This document shows positions 1-11,807 of a stretch of DNA of 64,000 nt, in pieces. Source of the stretch: Octopus bimaculoides. Its lineage: Eukaryota. Within the stretch, counting starts at the first letter, position 1. Every line of letters begins with the position of its first letter. The stretch is from contig NC_068993.1 of the NCBI RefSeq assembly GCF_001194135.2, positions 19,604,558 to 19,668,557 of the forward strand, read 5' to 3'. A program made the translations under genes and the position numbers. The notes under the pieces are model-generated. The model was not told the origin of the DNA and searched no databases. It saw only the letters and a list, made by a program, of their open reading frames with translations.

Positions 1-274
1 ATATATATGCATAGTGTTGACTATCAGCAAACCTTGTACTCATTACCATAGAAGTGAATGCTCGAACATTTCACTTTGTTTTATTTTGGTCGACACATTC
101 ATGGACATGCCTGAAAAGCCGGTGTTCCTAGAGGTGAAACTCAGAACGGCAAGTGACTAACCGATGAAATATACATGGAGTATTTTATAAATATGCCTGT
201 TCAAGTATCATAATACCATAAAACTACTAGTAGTTCTTTCGGGTGTGTATTTAATTATATATATATATATATAA

Positions 275-425
275 GCAATGTTAATTCTCTAAATGAAGTA
301 TTAACAGTAACTGCACGATAAAGTGTAGTATATTGCCACTTAAGTGTGGCTGACCCCTAGGGGTGGATGTTACTGTTGCTTTTAGCCCCAGGAGGACATC
401 TCCTCCAGCTGGCTTATCGACACAC
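275..425 (-). mobile_element. Fragment of a PLE-terminal-repeat-like (retrozyme-like) element starting at a (TA)n tract; truncated by an assembly gap
   Basis: Shares ordered motifs GCCACTTAAGTGTGGCTG ... TTTAGCCCCAGG ... CCAGCTGGCTTATCGACAC with the 342-bp unit at 6658-7462 and with 4521-4758. It begins immediately after (TA)n. Strand is assigned by analogy to the HHR-sense strand of the 7 kb unit. Confidence 0.5.
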
Positions 426-1248
426 NNNNNNNNNNNNNNNNNNNNNNNNNNNNNNNNNNNNNNNNNNNNNNNNNNNNNNNNNNNNNNNNNNNNNNNNNNN
501 NNNNNNNNNNNNNNNNNNNNNNNNNNNNNNNNNNNNNNNNNNNNNNNNNNNNNNNNNNNNNNNNNNNNNNNNNNNNNNNNNNNNNNNNNNNNNNNNNNNN
601 NNNNNNNNNNNNNNNNNNNNNNNNNNNNNNNNNNNNNNNNNNNNNNNNNNNNNNNNNNNNNNNNNNNNNNNNNNNNNNNNNNNNNNNNNNNNNNNNNNNN
701 NNNNNNNNNNNNNNNNNNNNNNNNNNNNNNNNNNNNNNNNNNNNNNNNNNNNNNNNNNNNNNNNNNNNNNNNNNNNNNNNNNNNNNNNNNNNNNNNNNNN
801 NNNNNNNNNNNNNNNNNNNNNNNNNNNNNNNNNNNNNNNNNNNNNNNNNNNNNNNNNNNNNNNNNNNNNNNNNNNNNNNNNNNNNNNNNNNNNNNNNNNN
901 NNNNNNNNNNNNNNNNNNNNNNNNNNNNNNNNNNNNNNNNNNNNNNNNNNNNNNNNNNNNNNNNNNNNNNNNNNNNNNNNNNNNNNNNNNNNNNNNNNNN
1001 NNNNNNNNNNNNNNNNNNNNNNNNNNNNNNNNNNNNNNNNNNNNNNNNNNNNNNNNNNNNNNNNNNNNNNNNNNNNNNNNNNNNNNNNNNNNNNNNNNNN
1101 NNNNNNNNNNNNNNNNNNNNNNNNNNNNNNNNNNNNNNNNNNNNNNNNNNNNNNNNNNNNNNNNNNNNNNNNNNNNNNNNNNNNNNNNNNNNNNNNNNNN
1201 NNNNNNNNNNNNNNNNNNNNNNNNNNNNNNNNNNNNNNNNNNNNNNNN

Positions 1249-1596
1249 GGACTCGCGATCATAGGATCGCGGTTTCGATTCCTAGACCGGGCGTTGTGAG
1301 TGTTTATTGAGCGAAAACACATAAGGCTCCACGAGGCTCCGGTAGGGGATGGTGGCGAACCCTGCTGTATTCTTTCACCACAACTTTCTCTCACTCTTAC
1401 TTCCTGGTTTTGTTGTGCCTGTAATTCAAAGGGTCAGCCTTGTTACACTGTCACGTTGAATATCACCGAGAACTACGTTAAGGGTACACGTGTCTGTGGA
1501 GTGCTCAGCCACTTGCACGTTAATTTCACGAGCAGGCTGTTCCGTTGGTCGGTTCAACTGGAACCCTCGACGTCGTAAGCGACGGAGTGCCAACAA
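1249..1596 (+). mobile_element. SINE family A (tRNA-derived, CAA tail); 5' end lost in gap
   Basis: B-box-like GGTTTCGATTCC. The body is near-identical to the copies at 25411, 41799 and 58991 and ends GTCGTAAGCGACGGAGTGCCAACAA. Confidence 0.9.
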
Positions 1597-1839
1597 TATA
1601 TATATGTCGTGTCTATCCGTGTAAGAGAGTTTGCTTTACATACGGTTTTGTCGACTGTAGTTTGCAATTTATTGCCGATTCCATTATCAGAAAGTGTAAT
1701 CATGAGACTAATGCCGATGTAAGAGGCGCAGCTTGAATAGCTTGTTATATACATCGAGCCAGGTACAAATAAATACATACGTTCTGGTGCGTTTATGCAT
1801 CTACATCTTTGTATGTACGTGTTCAAGTATGAATGCATG

Positions 1840-1886
1840 TCTGTGTGTTTGTGTTTATGTGTTTGCGTGCATTCGTGTGTTTATGG

Positions 1887-1918
<32 letters not shown>

Positions 1919-1951
1919 GTGCGTGCGCGTGCATATGTGTGTGTGTGTGTT

Positions 1952-2020
<69 letters not shown>
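1840..2020. repeat. (GT)n microsatellite, imperfect
   Basis: Direct reading. Confidence 0.95.
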
Positions 2021-2021
<1 letters not shown>

Positions 2022-2699
2022 AAAATATAAGTGTTACAGAAAAATTATGTGTATGAATACGTATTCTGTAGTGAATTTATATATTCATCAATTTGATTCC
2101 AATCATTTCAACAAACTATAATATACGAGACCGTTTTACTAATTGCACCCTCCGTGACGACGGTACTCATAAATGCAGTGTATATATATATAACTCCATA
2201 TTATTCTGTGGCAAGCGTTATAAATTTCAGTTTTATAATATATAGCCACATATATTGATTTTATCGTATTCACAAGGCTATACATCTGAAGGTAGGGACA
2301 GTCAATCAGATCGATATCTATACTTCATAGGTGCTCGTTCTGTTGACACGGAGAAGAGGAAAGAGAAAGTTCCCATCGGTGAGATTTTAACGCCGAACGA
2401 AAAACGGAATTTTAAATATTGCAACGTAGGTGTACCATTTCCAAACTTAGTCTTCATAGATTGAATGTCGGCTAAATGTACATTTATCTAAGGCTTACTA
2501 GGAGTCAGATGTACAGTGTAACAAGACGGTTGTTAATTAAATATTCAGACTAATATATAAACTAGGTTACATGGAGAATATTGAACGTTGGCTGTTACAT
2601 ACACATATATAAGCCCAAAAGGATAACACTCAGCGGAAAATCTCATATACAAACATTATATATGCCTGCATGCAAACACGATTGCATACACGTACACAG

Positions 2700-2714
2700 G
2701 CGCACACACTCACA

Positions 2715-2778
<64 letters not shown>

Positions 2779-2901
2779 TATCTATCTATCTATCTACCTG
2801 TGTGTGAGCGTGCGTGTGTGTGTCTGTCTCCTTGTCTGTCTGTCTTCTTGTCTGTCTGTCTGTCTGTCTGTCTTCTTGTCTGTCTGTCTCTCTGTCTGTC
2901 T

Positions 2902-2939
<38 letters not shown>

Positions 2940-2968
2940 ATGTATGTATGTATGTATGTATGTATGCA
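2700..2968. repeat. Compound microsatellite (CA)n/(TCTA)n/(TCTG)n/(TATG)n
   Basis: Direct reading. Confidence 0.95.
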
Positions 2969-4520
2969 TGTATACCAGCCGTCAAGTAAAGCGCCACACA
3001 TTGCGTATATCAACGATCAAATTACCTGTCACTTACATATATACATATTTAGTCACATTATGCACACAACCGTACTCACACATTTTCATTTCTGTCGCCA
3101 TACTTTTGTAAATTATCGGTTCTTTTGAATATGTAAAATAATTATTGGTTCTATAGAAATAATCTACTCTTCAAAATAATAATCAGTTCTTTTGAATAAG
3201 GGTTATAATAGGCAGTAACCAATCAACTATGGCATTGCTTTTTTGTATTTTAGACATAGTTAAAGGCGACTTGATAGGCAGAAACGTTTCTGCGCCAGAC
3301 TAAAGTAAAGATCTTTCAATTTGTAATGTGAATTCAAGTTTTATCGTGATCTATTTTATTTTTCATTTCTTTGTGATCAATGATAAACAAGATACTTATG
3401 TAAAAGCACCTATTCAACTAACTACACCAGTTTCACCTTTGTGTTACTTTGTACCAATGTAGAAAATCTATATATTCCAACCGTTAGGATTTTTTCTTTT
3501 CGGTATTGAAATCTGCAACGATTCAATATTTTCAAACCTTCGCTGACATATGTGGTCGTTGTGGTTGCCTTTCATATCGAAATTAAGAAGGCTGATATTT
3601 ATAGGGGAATATATATAGCTTGGTAGTTTAAAGGATTTGAGGTGAGAAATTCAATGCGGCAAAGCATCAATTTTTGGCTATAAATATATCAATAACTTCC
3701 TAGAATGATGGAGCTCTGGAAATCCCTCCAGACACATGTCTCACCTGCAGTTAGAGTATAAAGTTCACCAGATTCGGAGGATTTGAAAGTTCCAAAGATA
3801 CGACCACTTCCTACAGATCCAGCAACCAAAGAAAAAAAAGAGGCGGGAGAGAGAGAGAAGCAAAAGGAAATGAGATTTTATGACATTCGTATAATTCTGT
3901 TGCTGTGATTAAGTGGCGGAATGCCTTCAAGTCGTTCTGACATGAGACTTGAAACAGTTAAGAAGAACTTGACATTGAAGACTGTAATTCAGGTAACTCT
4001 CGTAGAGCAATTTGTATTTTGTTTGGAACGATACCACTAAAACTTTGCTCCTCTGGAACCATACAACGCATACCATTCTCTTAAATACTATCAACCATTC
4101 GTTAAGTAATCATAATTTCTGAATTCAGCTCCTAACCACCTATTTTGAGGCAGGTGTCTTCTAAGTTCAATAAACACTGGGTATGACTGGCATGTACTGT
4201 CTACATATTGGAATTGATAAAGGTAATATGATTAAGGACATAATCTATTCTGCGTTTCTGTTAGGTTTGCTACTTTACAGTTATAGTTCTAAATTTCAAA
4301 GTCAAAAGGGCAAGCATGGCTCATGCACCTTCACAAGGACTCAGACTGTGGTCAGCCGGAGTCAGAAAGATATTCTTAAATTGAAAATCTGGTCCTAAAG
4401 CTTTCAAGAGAGCAGATTCCACTAAAGGAACCAAGGTGGCAGGTGATGGTGTTAAGCTGGGAGACTGTGCTGAAATATTGGCATCGTGCAGCGTATTTTG
4501 GTATTCCCCTTATATATATA

Positions 4521-4758
4521 TAAGTAATATGCGTAGCTACTTTAACATGGCTGTCCGTTTGAACGGACTCTTCTGCGAATTTTTAATCCCAAGAGAACAT
4601 CTCTAGCTGGTTAACGATGCACATCTGCATCCGATAAAATTGCGAGGAGGGGAACGACGGGACCAGTAGGCCAGTCGTGGTTTCGGGCTATTTCTGCCAC
4701 GTTTCGGTACTGGACATCTCGTCTGCTAGAGATAGCAATAGTTCGCCTCTGCCCGCAA
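4521..4758 (-). mobile_element. ~240-bp element embedded in (TA)n, related to the 342-bp HHR unit, with a decayed hammerhead
   Basis: (TA)n lies on both sides. It shares GCTAC..TGGCTG, TTTAATCCCAAG and AGCTGGTTAACGATGC with 6658-6760. The minus strand at 4688-4735 reads CTATCTCTAG-CAGACGA-GATGTCCAGTACC-GAAAC-GTG-GCAGAAATAG, an HHR layout with core substitutions. Confidence 0.5.
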
Positions 4759-5227
4759 TATATATATATATATATTTATATANNNNNNNNNNNNNNNNNN
4801 NNNNNNNNNNNNNNNNNNNNNNNNNNNNNNNNNNNNNNNNNNNNNNNNNNNNNNNNNNNNNNNNNNNNNNNNNNNNNNNNNNNNNNNNNNNNNNNNNNNN
4901 NNNNNNNNNNNNNNNNNNNNNNNNNNNNNNNNNNNNNNNNNNNNNNNNNNNNNNNNNNNNNNNNNNNNNNNNNNNNNNNNNNNNNNNNNNNNNNNNNNNN
5001 NNNNNNNNNNNNNNNNNNNNNNNNNNNNNNNNNNNNNNNNNNNNNNNNNNNNNNNNNNNNNNNNNNNNNNNNNNNNNNNNNNNNNNNNNNNNNNNNNNNN
5101 NNNNNNNNNNNNNNNNNNNNNNNNNNNNNNNNNNNNNNNNNNNNNNNNNNNNNNNNNNNNNNNNNNNNNNNNNNNNNNNNNNNNNNNNNNNNNNNNNNNN
5201 NNNNNNNNNNNNNNNNNNNNNNNNNNT

Positions 5228-6413
5228 TATTTTTATGCTTTTTGATTTATTATTAGTGTTGCTTAATATGCTTTGCTAAAATTGCTGTTTCTTTTCAGAT
5301 ATCATCAGAAAAAGGTAATTAAATTTCATTAAAATGACAGATTTATCAGACTTTCAAAGAGGTCAAATTGTTGGTGCTCGTGTGGCAGGGCGCTAGCGTA
5401 GCGAAAACAGCCGAAATGTTTGGTGTATCAAAAAGAACTGTCTCGAAAGTAATGACAGCCTTTGAGAAAGAGGGAAAAACCTCCTCGTCGAAGCAAGACT
5501 CCAGAAGAAAACCAAAACTTTCAGATAGGGACCGTCGGACTCTTACGTGAATTGTTAAAAAGGATTCACAAAACTACATCTCACAAAATTACTGCAGAGC
5601 TTAATGACCACCTCGAGAACCCATTTTCCACAAAAACTGTTCGCCGGGAGCTGCACGAAACCACATTTAATAGGAAGGCTGCTATCAGAAAACCACTAGT
5701 TTCAAAGACAAACGTTGCAAAGCGTTTAAAGTGGAGTAAAAACCTACAGAATTGGTCCCTAGAGCAGTGGAAGAATGTTATTTTCTCGGACAAGTCAACC
5801 TTTACCTTATTTCCGACCAACAGCCGAGTATACGTGTGGAAACAGCCAAAAGAAGCATTTGACCCAGACTCCCTTCTTCCAACTGTTAAACATGGAGGAG
5901 GATCTGGATAATCGGGTTGGGGGGTTATATCTTTGAAATCCGCCGACCTAATGGTTTCCCTTCATGGCAGAATTAATAGTCAAGAATATTTAAGCATTTT
6001 ATCTGATCAAATTCATGCTCTGGTTGCGGAACTGTTTCTGGTGATGAAACGTAATCTTTCAGAATGATAATGCACCAATTCACACAGCTAAAGTTTTTAC
6101 TGAAAGGCACGAAGAACATTCTTGTGAATTTGAACATCTTATCTGGTCAGTCCTCAGATCTAAATACTGAACATTTATGGTGCATTTTAGAAAAACAAGT
6201 AAGTAGTCAGGAACCTATCATCATCGCTACAAGAACTGGAGACTGTTTTAGCTGAAGAATGGAGAAAAATTCCTCTGGAAGCAATTCAAACTTTGTATGC
6301 GTCCATACCTCGTAGAATTCAAGCTGTAATTACTGCCAAAGTCGGTCCTACCCCATATTAAAATTAATTTGTTTGAAATTTTAAGGTGTTTCCATTATTT
6401 TGTCCAACCCTTG
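5228..6413 (+). mobile_element. Tc1-family DNA transposon, decayed; left TIR in gap
   Basis: Right TIR at 6385-6413 (reverse complement CAAGGGTTGGACAAAATAATGGAAACACC) is followed by TA. The element contains a transposase pseudogene. Confidence 0.92.
5334..6361 (+). pseudogene. Tc1-like DD34E transposase pseudogene with frameshifts
   Basis: Across frames: MTDLSDFQRGQIVGAR.. paired-like HTH, GRKPKLSDRDRR-like AT-hook, VIFSDKS, TVKHGGGS, QNDNAP, DLNTEHLW, and C-terminal IPRRIQAVITAK.GPTPY*. These are typical Tc1 motifs. Confidence 0.92.
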
Positions 6414-6819
6414 TATTTATGAACTTTCTAATAAAATTTACGTATCAAACGAATTTGTTACATAGCAGTTGTAATAAACGTCAACCGTTTATTTCATTTA
6501 GACCGAGAAGGAATTGAGAAAATAAAATGCTAGCATACATAAATGCAAACATATATAGGCCTATCAATGTATTTGTATATGTTTACATGCATGTGTGTAT
6601 TAGTATGCATCTGTCTAGCTATCTCTCTATCAATTTATTATATATATACCACAGTGGAGCCAGTCGCTACATCAAAGTGGCTGTTGAATGTTAGTACTAG
6701 TTTAACCCCAGGGAGATTTTCCGCCAGCTGGTTATCGATGCGACACTCTGCACACTTTATATACAATATATTGTCAGCAGTGGAAGCGAACCTCTACCAC
6801 CCTCTAGCAGGTGACAGAA

Positions 6820-6868
6820 TCGCGAGACTGACTCAGTTTCGAGCTATTTGGCTCGCCCTCAATCGCGA
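6820..6868 (-). ncRNA. Hammerhead-like ribozyme fold (variant core), left copy
   Basis: Minus strand reads TCGCGA-TTGAGGGC-GAGC caaata GCTC-GAAA-CTGAGTCAG-TC-TCGCGA. Stems I, II and III are intact, but the 5' core deviates from CUGANGA. Confidence 0.45.
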
Positions 6869-7402
6869 GCACTGCATGCTAGAGCGATAGCCAGAGTCCG
6901 CTGCTGTTAACAATATAACGGTCACTGATTTGTAACAAACAAAATAGCGAGTTGTAAAATCTCAAGAAGAGATAGAGTAGTAACTATACTAAACAGTAAA
7001 GCCAGTCGCCACATCGAAGTGGCTGTTCCATGTTCCTACTAGTTTAACCCCAGGCAGATTCTCCGCCAGCTGGTTGTCGGGGCAACACTCTTCACCCTTT
7101 ATATATAATACCTGTTTTCTACTAGAGGGTGGTAGGTGTTCTCTCCCCCTGCTGACAATATATTGTATATAAAGGGTGCAGAGTGTTGCACCGATAACCA
7201 GCTGGCGGAGAATCTGCCTGGGGTTAAACTAGTAGGAACGTGGAACAGCCACTTCGACGTGGCGACTGGCTTTACTGTTTAGTATAGTTACTACTCTATC
7301 TCTTCTTGAGATTTTACAACTCGCTATTTTGCTTGTTGCAAATCAGTGACCGATATATTGTTAACAGCAGCGGACTCTGGCTATCGCTCTAGCATGCAGT
7401 GC

Positions 7403-7451
7403 TCGCGACTGAGAGCGAGCCAAATAGCTCGAAACTGAGTCAGTCTCGCGA
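7403..7451 (+). ncRNA. Hammerhead-like ribozyme fold (variant core), right copy
   Basis: TCGCGA-CTGAGAGC-GAGC caaata GCTC-GAAA-CTGAGTCAG-TC-TCGCGA gives a 6-bp stem I, a 4-bp stem II, a near-palindromic stem III and a GUC cleavage triplet. Confidence 0.6.
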
Positions 7452-7464
7452 TCCTGTCATCTGG

Positions 7465-7990
7465 TAGGTGAGAGGAAACGGGAGACGGCGGGGCGGTTGG
7501 AAGGGAGAGAGCAGATGTACGATCAACGGAAGTGCTCTGGCAAGGGCGGTGTGGATATTAGTGAAGGGATATTCACGTAGGATAAAGTGGCGAGCCATGA
7601 GTTGAGACTGAGTTTTAAAGTCATGGTCGTCACTACAGAGCCTGCGTGGACGGAGAAATTGGGAATAGGGGATGGAAAGCTTGGTGTGTTTAGGGTAGGA
7701 TGAGGAGAAGTTGAGGTATGAGTGTGAGTTTGTGTTTATATGCTTAGTGGCCATGGCGAAAGAGATTGTATGGTGGACGAGTTTGAAGGGGCTGAAGACA
7801 AACACTTTTCTCGTTGGCCAATCCCTGATCAACTTCAAGTTTCACTTCAAAGAAAAAATAAGAGTAGAGCGGAAAGTGTTGTCTTCTAGCAAGTTTGTTG
7901 TAAGGTGGATGAAAGTGACGAGAATGATGTGAGTGAACGGGCCTACCTTGAGCATATGACTGTAGTTGGGAAAAAGGAAAGAAAAAAGGC
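7465..7990 (-). pseudogene. Penelope-like element reverse transcriptase C-terminal/thumb fragment
   Basis: NSHSYLNFSSSYPKHTKLSIPYSQFLRPRRLCSDDHDF...FILREYP...RRLPFPLTY matches the PLE pattern KPTDSHSYL..SS.HP.H.K.SIP(F/Y)SQFLRLRRLCS...RGYP...RIP..LTYHP. The match is clear for 7465-7800 and degenerate beyond. Confidence 0.85.
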
Positions 7991-8196
7991 AAATGCCCCA
8001 AAAGTCGGGATGCCCAAGGTTTTTTAATGAGGGTTTTCCATGAGCAGCCCGCGCGTAGTCCCCTCTCTATTGAGGGTCACACATAGTTGATTTAAAAAAA
8101 AAATTTAGTAATCCTTTTTACGCGCAAAACTGTCACAACACACACACATTCTTTGTTTTGCCCTGTGCTATCCATAATATTTTTCGTAAACCCTTA

Positions 8197-8223
8197 TCAT
8201 TATTATTATTGCTGTTGTTGTTG

Positions 8224-8278
<55 letters not shown>

Positions 8279-8322
8279 CATTATTATTATTATTATTATC
8301 ATCATCATCCTCATCATCATCA
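8197..8322. repeat. (ATT)n/(GTT)n/(ATC)n trinucleotide compound repeat
   Basis: Direct reading. Confidence 0.95.
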
Positions 8323-8974
8323 AGTCAAATGAGGTGATTGGCATATATGACCTTTATCAGCTTTAGCAGAGTTTGTAGATATATGTGGTAGATAGGTAAC
8401 TATAGACAAACTTGTATATTTATCCATGAATATATTGTTTATTTAAAAATTCCGGCAAATTTCTTTCACCACTTTATTGCATAGTTCATAGAGTAGCCAG
8501 CATTATTTTTAACAACTCTTCATATATATTTTTTTATTTATATATATAAAAAAAAAAATAGAAACAAAACCTGTTCAGGTGTTTCGACGAGTAAAAGCAG
8601 ATGTGCTGACAATACTAACCTGTGATCTCTTTGAGTGTCAAGCGATGACATTTAGGTGCCAACAGATATATGCATGCAATCATAAATTTCTGTGTGTGTG
8701 TATGTATGTATGTATGTATGGATGTATGGATGGATGGTTGGATGGATGGATGAGGTATACTAACCCCCGTAGTTGTATATTATAAGTTTTGTACTAAAAG
8801 TCGGAATGACGTAAACTAAATAAAAGCTTCCAACAATCAACAGTAGACTGTACGATATCACCCTTCTCTGTGGATTATGCAAATTTATATCCTTGGATAT
8901 ATATGTAATTACGTACATGCATACATACATAGATACATAAATGCAGACACATACTCACAGAGATGTATATGTAT

Positions 8975-9009
8975 ATATATATATATATATACATACGTAT
9001 GCACACAGG

Positions 9010-9074
<65 letters not shown>

Positions 9075-9190
9075 GCATATATACATATATATACATACAT
9101 ACATACATACATACATACATACATACATACATACATACATACATACATACATGCATACATACATGCATACATACTTACATACATACATAC
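8975..9190. repeat. (TA)n followed by (TACA)n microsatellite
   Basis: Direct reading. Confidence 0.95.
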
Positions 9191-10522
9191 AGCAAACGTA
9201 TACAGATTGCAATCTGCGAAAAGTCATTATATGTTTGCCATTTTGTTCTGAAAATTCTAAGGTTCATCCGTTGCAACAACAAAAGAAAACTAAGCAAAAA
9301 GAAAATATCGAATATAAAAAGAAACAATGTAAAATAACTGGCAAAGATTAATAAAACAAATAAGGAGAGTTATAAAACATAGCTTGATTTCAAAGTACAT
9401 CTTGTAGTAGCTGTGTCTTTCAGCACATGGTTTTGAATCTTTTAAATGCGTTGTAGTTGTTGGTATTGTCTTCCATCCCTCTCAGTCCCACCTGTAAAAT
9501 TTTTCATTACGCATTGCTTTCCTTCGTACAGGAAACGATGTTATTCAGCAGACGTCAGTGCCTGTTCTGTTATCCAATATACTCGTAGACAGTAGCTAAG
9601 AAAACAAAATCGTATGCGTTCGTGCAGAAATCAATTCTCTTCGATGAAATTCTTTGGGGTTTTATATTTTATATTTTATTTATTTCTATGTTCTTTCCTT
9701 ATTTATTTAATTTAATTTTACTTTTTTTTATTTACAATTTTTATGTTAAATTTGTATTCAGGACTCAATCTTTCCCACCCTAACAATTTAGAGTTCTCTC
9801 ATTCGCTTTCTCTTCCTCTCTCTATCTTTCGTCCTCTCGCTTTCTATCTCTCTATTTTACTCCCTCTTGCTATACTGTTTCACTGTCTATTTTCCGTTTC
9901 AGTTTCCGTTATGCTTCTTTCTCCTCTATATTTCAAAGCAATCTTGTTAGCCCACCCTCGTCATCACCTGCCGCATACTCATTTGACATTTTCTTGAAAC
10001 CTTTCCAATTAAAATCTACGACTGATGTAAAATACTTTAATTTTCTAATCACCTTTATCGTCCCACAATCCCACAGATTATATATATACAACATTAAATT
10101 GCATCGTTTCCACTGCTCCCACATAACTGCCACCGCAACATAACCTTAATATATTATTACCACAGACATTATTTACTATTTTCCCATCCTTAGATTTTAA
10201 TGTACATAACATTCAAAACCATACAAAGGCCACTACGACAATCGCTGCCACTGCCGACGCTGAAATCACTGCTACCGCTGCCGTTGCCACCACCAACACC
10301 ACCACCACCACCACCACCACCAACATTGCCACCACAATAGCAACAGCAACAAAGTCTATACCATCAACTGTCACAATCCTTGAATTCCATCAATACCAAC
10401 CTGACATAATTTGCTGTTCCAGAACATAGCTTATTGTGAGGAGATGCTAACTTACATTGTCTTACGTGGTTGGTGGTTTTGTTTGTATTAGTGTTGTTGT
10501 TGTCGTTACTTCTGCTGTTGAT

Positions 10523-10894
10523 TACTCTTTTACTCTTTTACTTGTTTCAGTCATTTGACTGCAGCCATGCTGGAGCACCGCCTTTAGACGAGCAAATCGA
10601 GCAAATCTCTTTTTCCTGAACCGCTAAGTTACGGGGACATAAACACACCAGCATCGGTTGTCAAGCGATGTTAGGGGGACAAACACAGACACACAAACAT
10701 ATACACACACATATACATATACATATATACGACGGGCTTCTTTCAGTTTCCGTCTACCAAATCCATTCACAAGGCTTTGGTCGGCCCGAGGCTATAGTAG
10801 AAAACACTTGCCCAAGGTGCCACGCAGTGAGACTGAACACAGAACCATGTGGTCCGTAAGCAAGCTACTTACCACACAACCACTCCTACGTCTA
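10523..10894 (-). mobile_element. SINE family B (tRNA-like head, internal CA/TA microsatellite, (AAGAGTA/AAGAATA)n tail)
   Basis: Minus-strand head GGAGTGGTTGTGTGGTAAGTAGCTTGC...GTTCAGTCTCACTGCGTGGCACC with A/B-box-like motifs. Homologous to the copies at 15369, 17459, 26073 and 52562. Confidence 0.88.
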
Positions 10895-11675
10895 TGATTG
10901 ATCAAAGGTATTCCTTACCGTCTTTTTCCTTTTTCACAAAGGTAGTTTATCCACGGATCACGTTTTGTAAAATGTTCTCTACGCGCGTATGTTTCTTTTT
11001 TTAAGACGTATGATTTCAGGGAAACCTAGCAGCTTTCCTGGCAGTTTGAATATTCATATAGGAACTTCGTTAGTGGCTCTAGAAGGCCCACAATTAGCTC
11101 AAGTGAGTAATATTTTATAGAAAGGGCAAGTTCTTTGATGACTTACGTATATCTATGTAACAACTTTTCGGTATCTCTATGCTACAAACAGGAAGGAAAC
11201 TAAAAAGAAAATCAATAATTTATAATATATTTATGAAGGAATTCAATCAATCAGGTATATGCTTGATAAAACAGGAATGTTGGAGACCTAACATGACTTC
11301 TCGGTGAAATACATTAACGGATGTTTAACACGCATCATTATGTAATTTCGTCCACTTGCTTGCTAAATACACAGTCTTGATGAATATTTTTGGTTATGCT
11401 GACTACATAGTATAGTAGGGTCAGTTGGGAACCGTTTGTAAGAAAAACAGCACCATGGCACAATTCACTCTGCCAGAAATTTGGAAATGACATGCTGTAT
11501 TGCTTGGCATTCGCACCGGAAGCTCCTATACGAACAGATACTGTGTCCCCAAAGCATTTCAGATTGTTTGGGTATCAATCTGAGGACAGTGCAATCAGTG
11601 GAATACACAATCTTGGTGAATATTTTCGTTCAGTATCGACTATAAAAGTGAATTGATAGTTTAGGAACTTCCTCC

Positions 11676-11677
<2 letters not shown>

Positions 11678-11745
<68 letters not shown>

Positions 11746-11750
11746 GTCTG

Positions 11751-11807
<57 letters not shown>
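11678..11807. repeat. (TCTA)n tetranucleotide repeat
   Basis: Direct reading. Confidence 0.97.

Larger units (their letters stand above)
6650..7462. mobile_element. Tandem plus inverted array of a ~342-bp terminal repeat (PLE pseudo-LTR-like)
   Basis: 6658-6770 is repeated at 7000-7107 (period 342). 6812-7105 is the reverse complement of 7166-7459 (294-bp arms, few mismatches). 7122-7165 is the reverse complement of ~6762-6807. A TATATAAA box lies at ~7165. Confidence 0.8.

Noticed and set aside
105-155. CTGAAAA-GCC...GGT-GAAACTCAGAAC hammerhead-like string
   Set aside because: The G8 equivalent and the NUH are missing and stem I is ambiguous; it is too degenerate to call.
363-1394. Long ORFs spanning N-runs (also at 4677, 11898, 14296, 18392, 27127, 29232, 39434, 45640, 47713, 50810, 52237 and 54875)
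   Set aside because: They are open only because N codons contain no stops; there is no coding evidence.
2120-2175. Minus-strand TTTATGAG-TAC...GTA-AAACGGTC resembling a decayed hammerhead
   Set aside because: Both core halves are mutated, so it is not supportable.
1733-3128. ORFs with poly-CV, HT, YI, LS, YY or II runs here and throughout the window
   Set aside because: They are translations of microsatellites.
3255-3296. 16-bp palindrome GCAGAAACGTTTCTGC preceded by AAGGC, reminiscent of a GAAACGUU hammerhead end
   Set aside because: The 5' core is absent and stem II does not pair; it is indistinguishable from a chance palindrome.
9492-9595. Minus-strand cryptic exon with a good acceptor (TTTTGTTTTCTTAG) and a CAG/GTGGGA donor
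   Set aside because: All three frames contain stops; at most it is a non-coding exon, and there is no other support.
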